From Kiritimatiellia bacterium (lineage in GTDB: Bacteria > Verrucomicrobiota > Kiritimatiellia > RFP12 > UBA1067), in assembly GCA_045545855.1 (NCBI GenBank), contig JAZQBR010000203.1:1264-65263 (forward strand): a stretch of 64,000 nucleotides of DNA, written 5' to 3'. A program made the translations under genes and the position numbers. Of this stretch, positions 63,564 to 64,000 are shown in pieces. Under the pieces are notes generated by a model. It did not search any database. It saw only the letters and a program-made list of their open reading frames with translations, and had not been told where the DNA came from. Position 1 is the stretch's first letter. Each line of letters starts with the position of its first letter.

Positions 63564-64000
63564 CTAGCCCAGCATAATCATCTGGCCGCGGACGGAGAAG
63601 GCGTCGCGGACGAGCCCTTTCGCCGCAGAACGTTCGCGCTCGCCCAGCCAGCCGAACGGCGCGAGCCACACCACCGGGGCCGGGGCCGCGCCTTGGTTCA
63701 TCGCGCAGACAAACGCCGCCAGAAACATCATCTTCTCGCCGTTGTCGACCAGCGCGAACGGGGTGCCGCCGGGGGCGATGTCGCCCTGATGGCGAACTGT
63801 CAGAACGGGCGCGCCTTTCTCGCCGGGCTCGACCGCATAGCCCGTCAGCGACGGACACACCCGTTGGAGTGCCGCGCGCATCGCCGAGGCGACCTGCCCG
63901 TTCGAAAGCTGCGCCGCCATGCAGGTCGCAAAGTCCGAAAAATCCCCTTCTTCGCCCTTCGCCCCGGCGCGGCCGATTTCGCTTCTCATCGCGTTCGGGT
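63564..64000 (-). CDS. Hypothetical protein (partial; N-terminus may lie beyond window end), high-GC core-genome gene
   Basis: ORF 63564..63989 (141 aa) with GC-rich codon usage resuming after the island. No motif recognised. Confidence 0.35.
   Translation of the reverse strand, partial: PNAMRSEIGRAGAKGEEGDFSDFATCMAAQLSNGQVASAMRAALQRVCPSLTGYAVEPGEKGAPVLTVRHQGDIAPGGTPFALVDNGEKMMFLAAFVCAMNQGAAPAPVVWLAPFGWLGERERSAAKGLVRDAFSVRGQMIMLG

Noticed and set aside
1-64000. tRNA/rRNA genes at island borders
   Set aside because: I inspected the island junctions (about 10.7..10.9 kb and 60.7..61.2 kb) and the repeat fields for cloverleaf-like GC-rich 75-90-nt segments with a TTCGAATC-type T-loop. None was evident by eye. 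A tRNAscan run is needed to be sure.

Overview
This 64-kb window has high-GC flanks (about 1..10.8 kb and 61.1..64 kb) with ordinary chromosomal genes. These include a Sir2-family deacylase, a MOP-family flippase-like protein, a mannitol-dehydrogenase-family oxidoreductase, an O-methyltransferase, a Hanks-type Ser/Thr kinase operon, and a type-III-secretion chaperone/effector-like pair. Between them lies a roughly 50-kb lower-GC island that is almost entirely minus-strand. The island is a surface-polysaccharide (capsule, O-antigen or EPS) biosynthesis locus. It contains at least ten GT4 glycosyltransferases, a GT26 WecB/TagA/CpsF transferase, four acyltransferase-3 genes, two pyruvyl transferases with an F420H2-dehydrogenase-like Fe-S partner, a Wzy-like polymerase, a Wzx flippase, a short UDP-sugar dehydrogenase, an ATP-grasp/deacetylase fusion and a nitroreductase. 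Phage-defence-type genes are interleaved with it: an Abi_2 gene, a KAP-family P-loop NTPase, an AbiL-like pair (AAA_21 ATPase plus RloB), a DUF262 plus AAA-ATPase pair with a GHKL-like N-terminal extension, a three-gene ATPase operon, an HNH-like mini-protein and a DUF4143 ATPase cassette. The most unusual signal is a family of short elements whose terminal inverted repeats are tandem arrays of 7-9-mers (CGTGTAGAA, CACAGAG, GTCGTTAG, ACGCAAAG, GGGATGAG). One CGTGTAGAA-type copy carries an intact GxxExxY (PD-(D/E)XK-like) gene. A second copy carries a decayed GxxExxY gene, and several miniature copies sit in-frame inside glycosyltransferase and kinase genes. A poly-C13 tract splits an acyltransferase gene in a way typical of phase variation. 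No rRNA, tRNA or CRISPR array was recognised by eye. Coordinates of repeats are hand-counted and may be off by a few bp.
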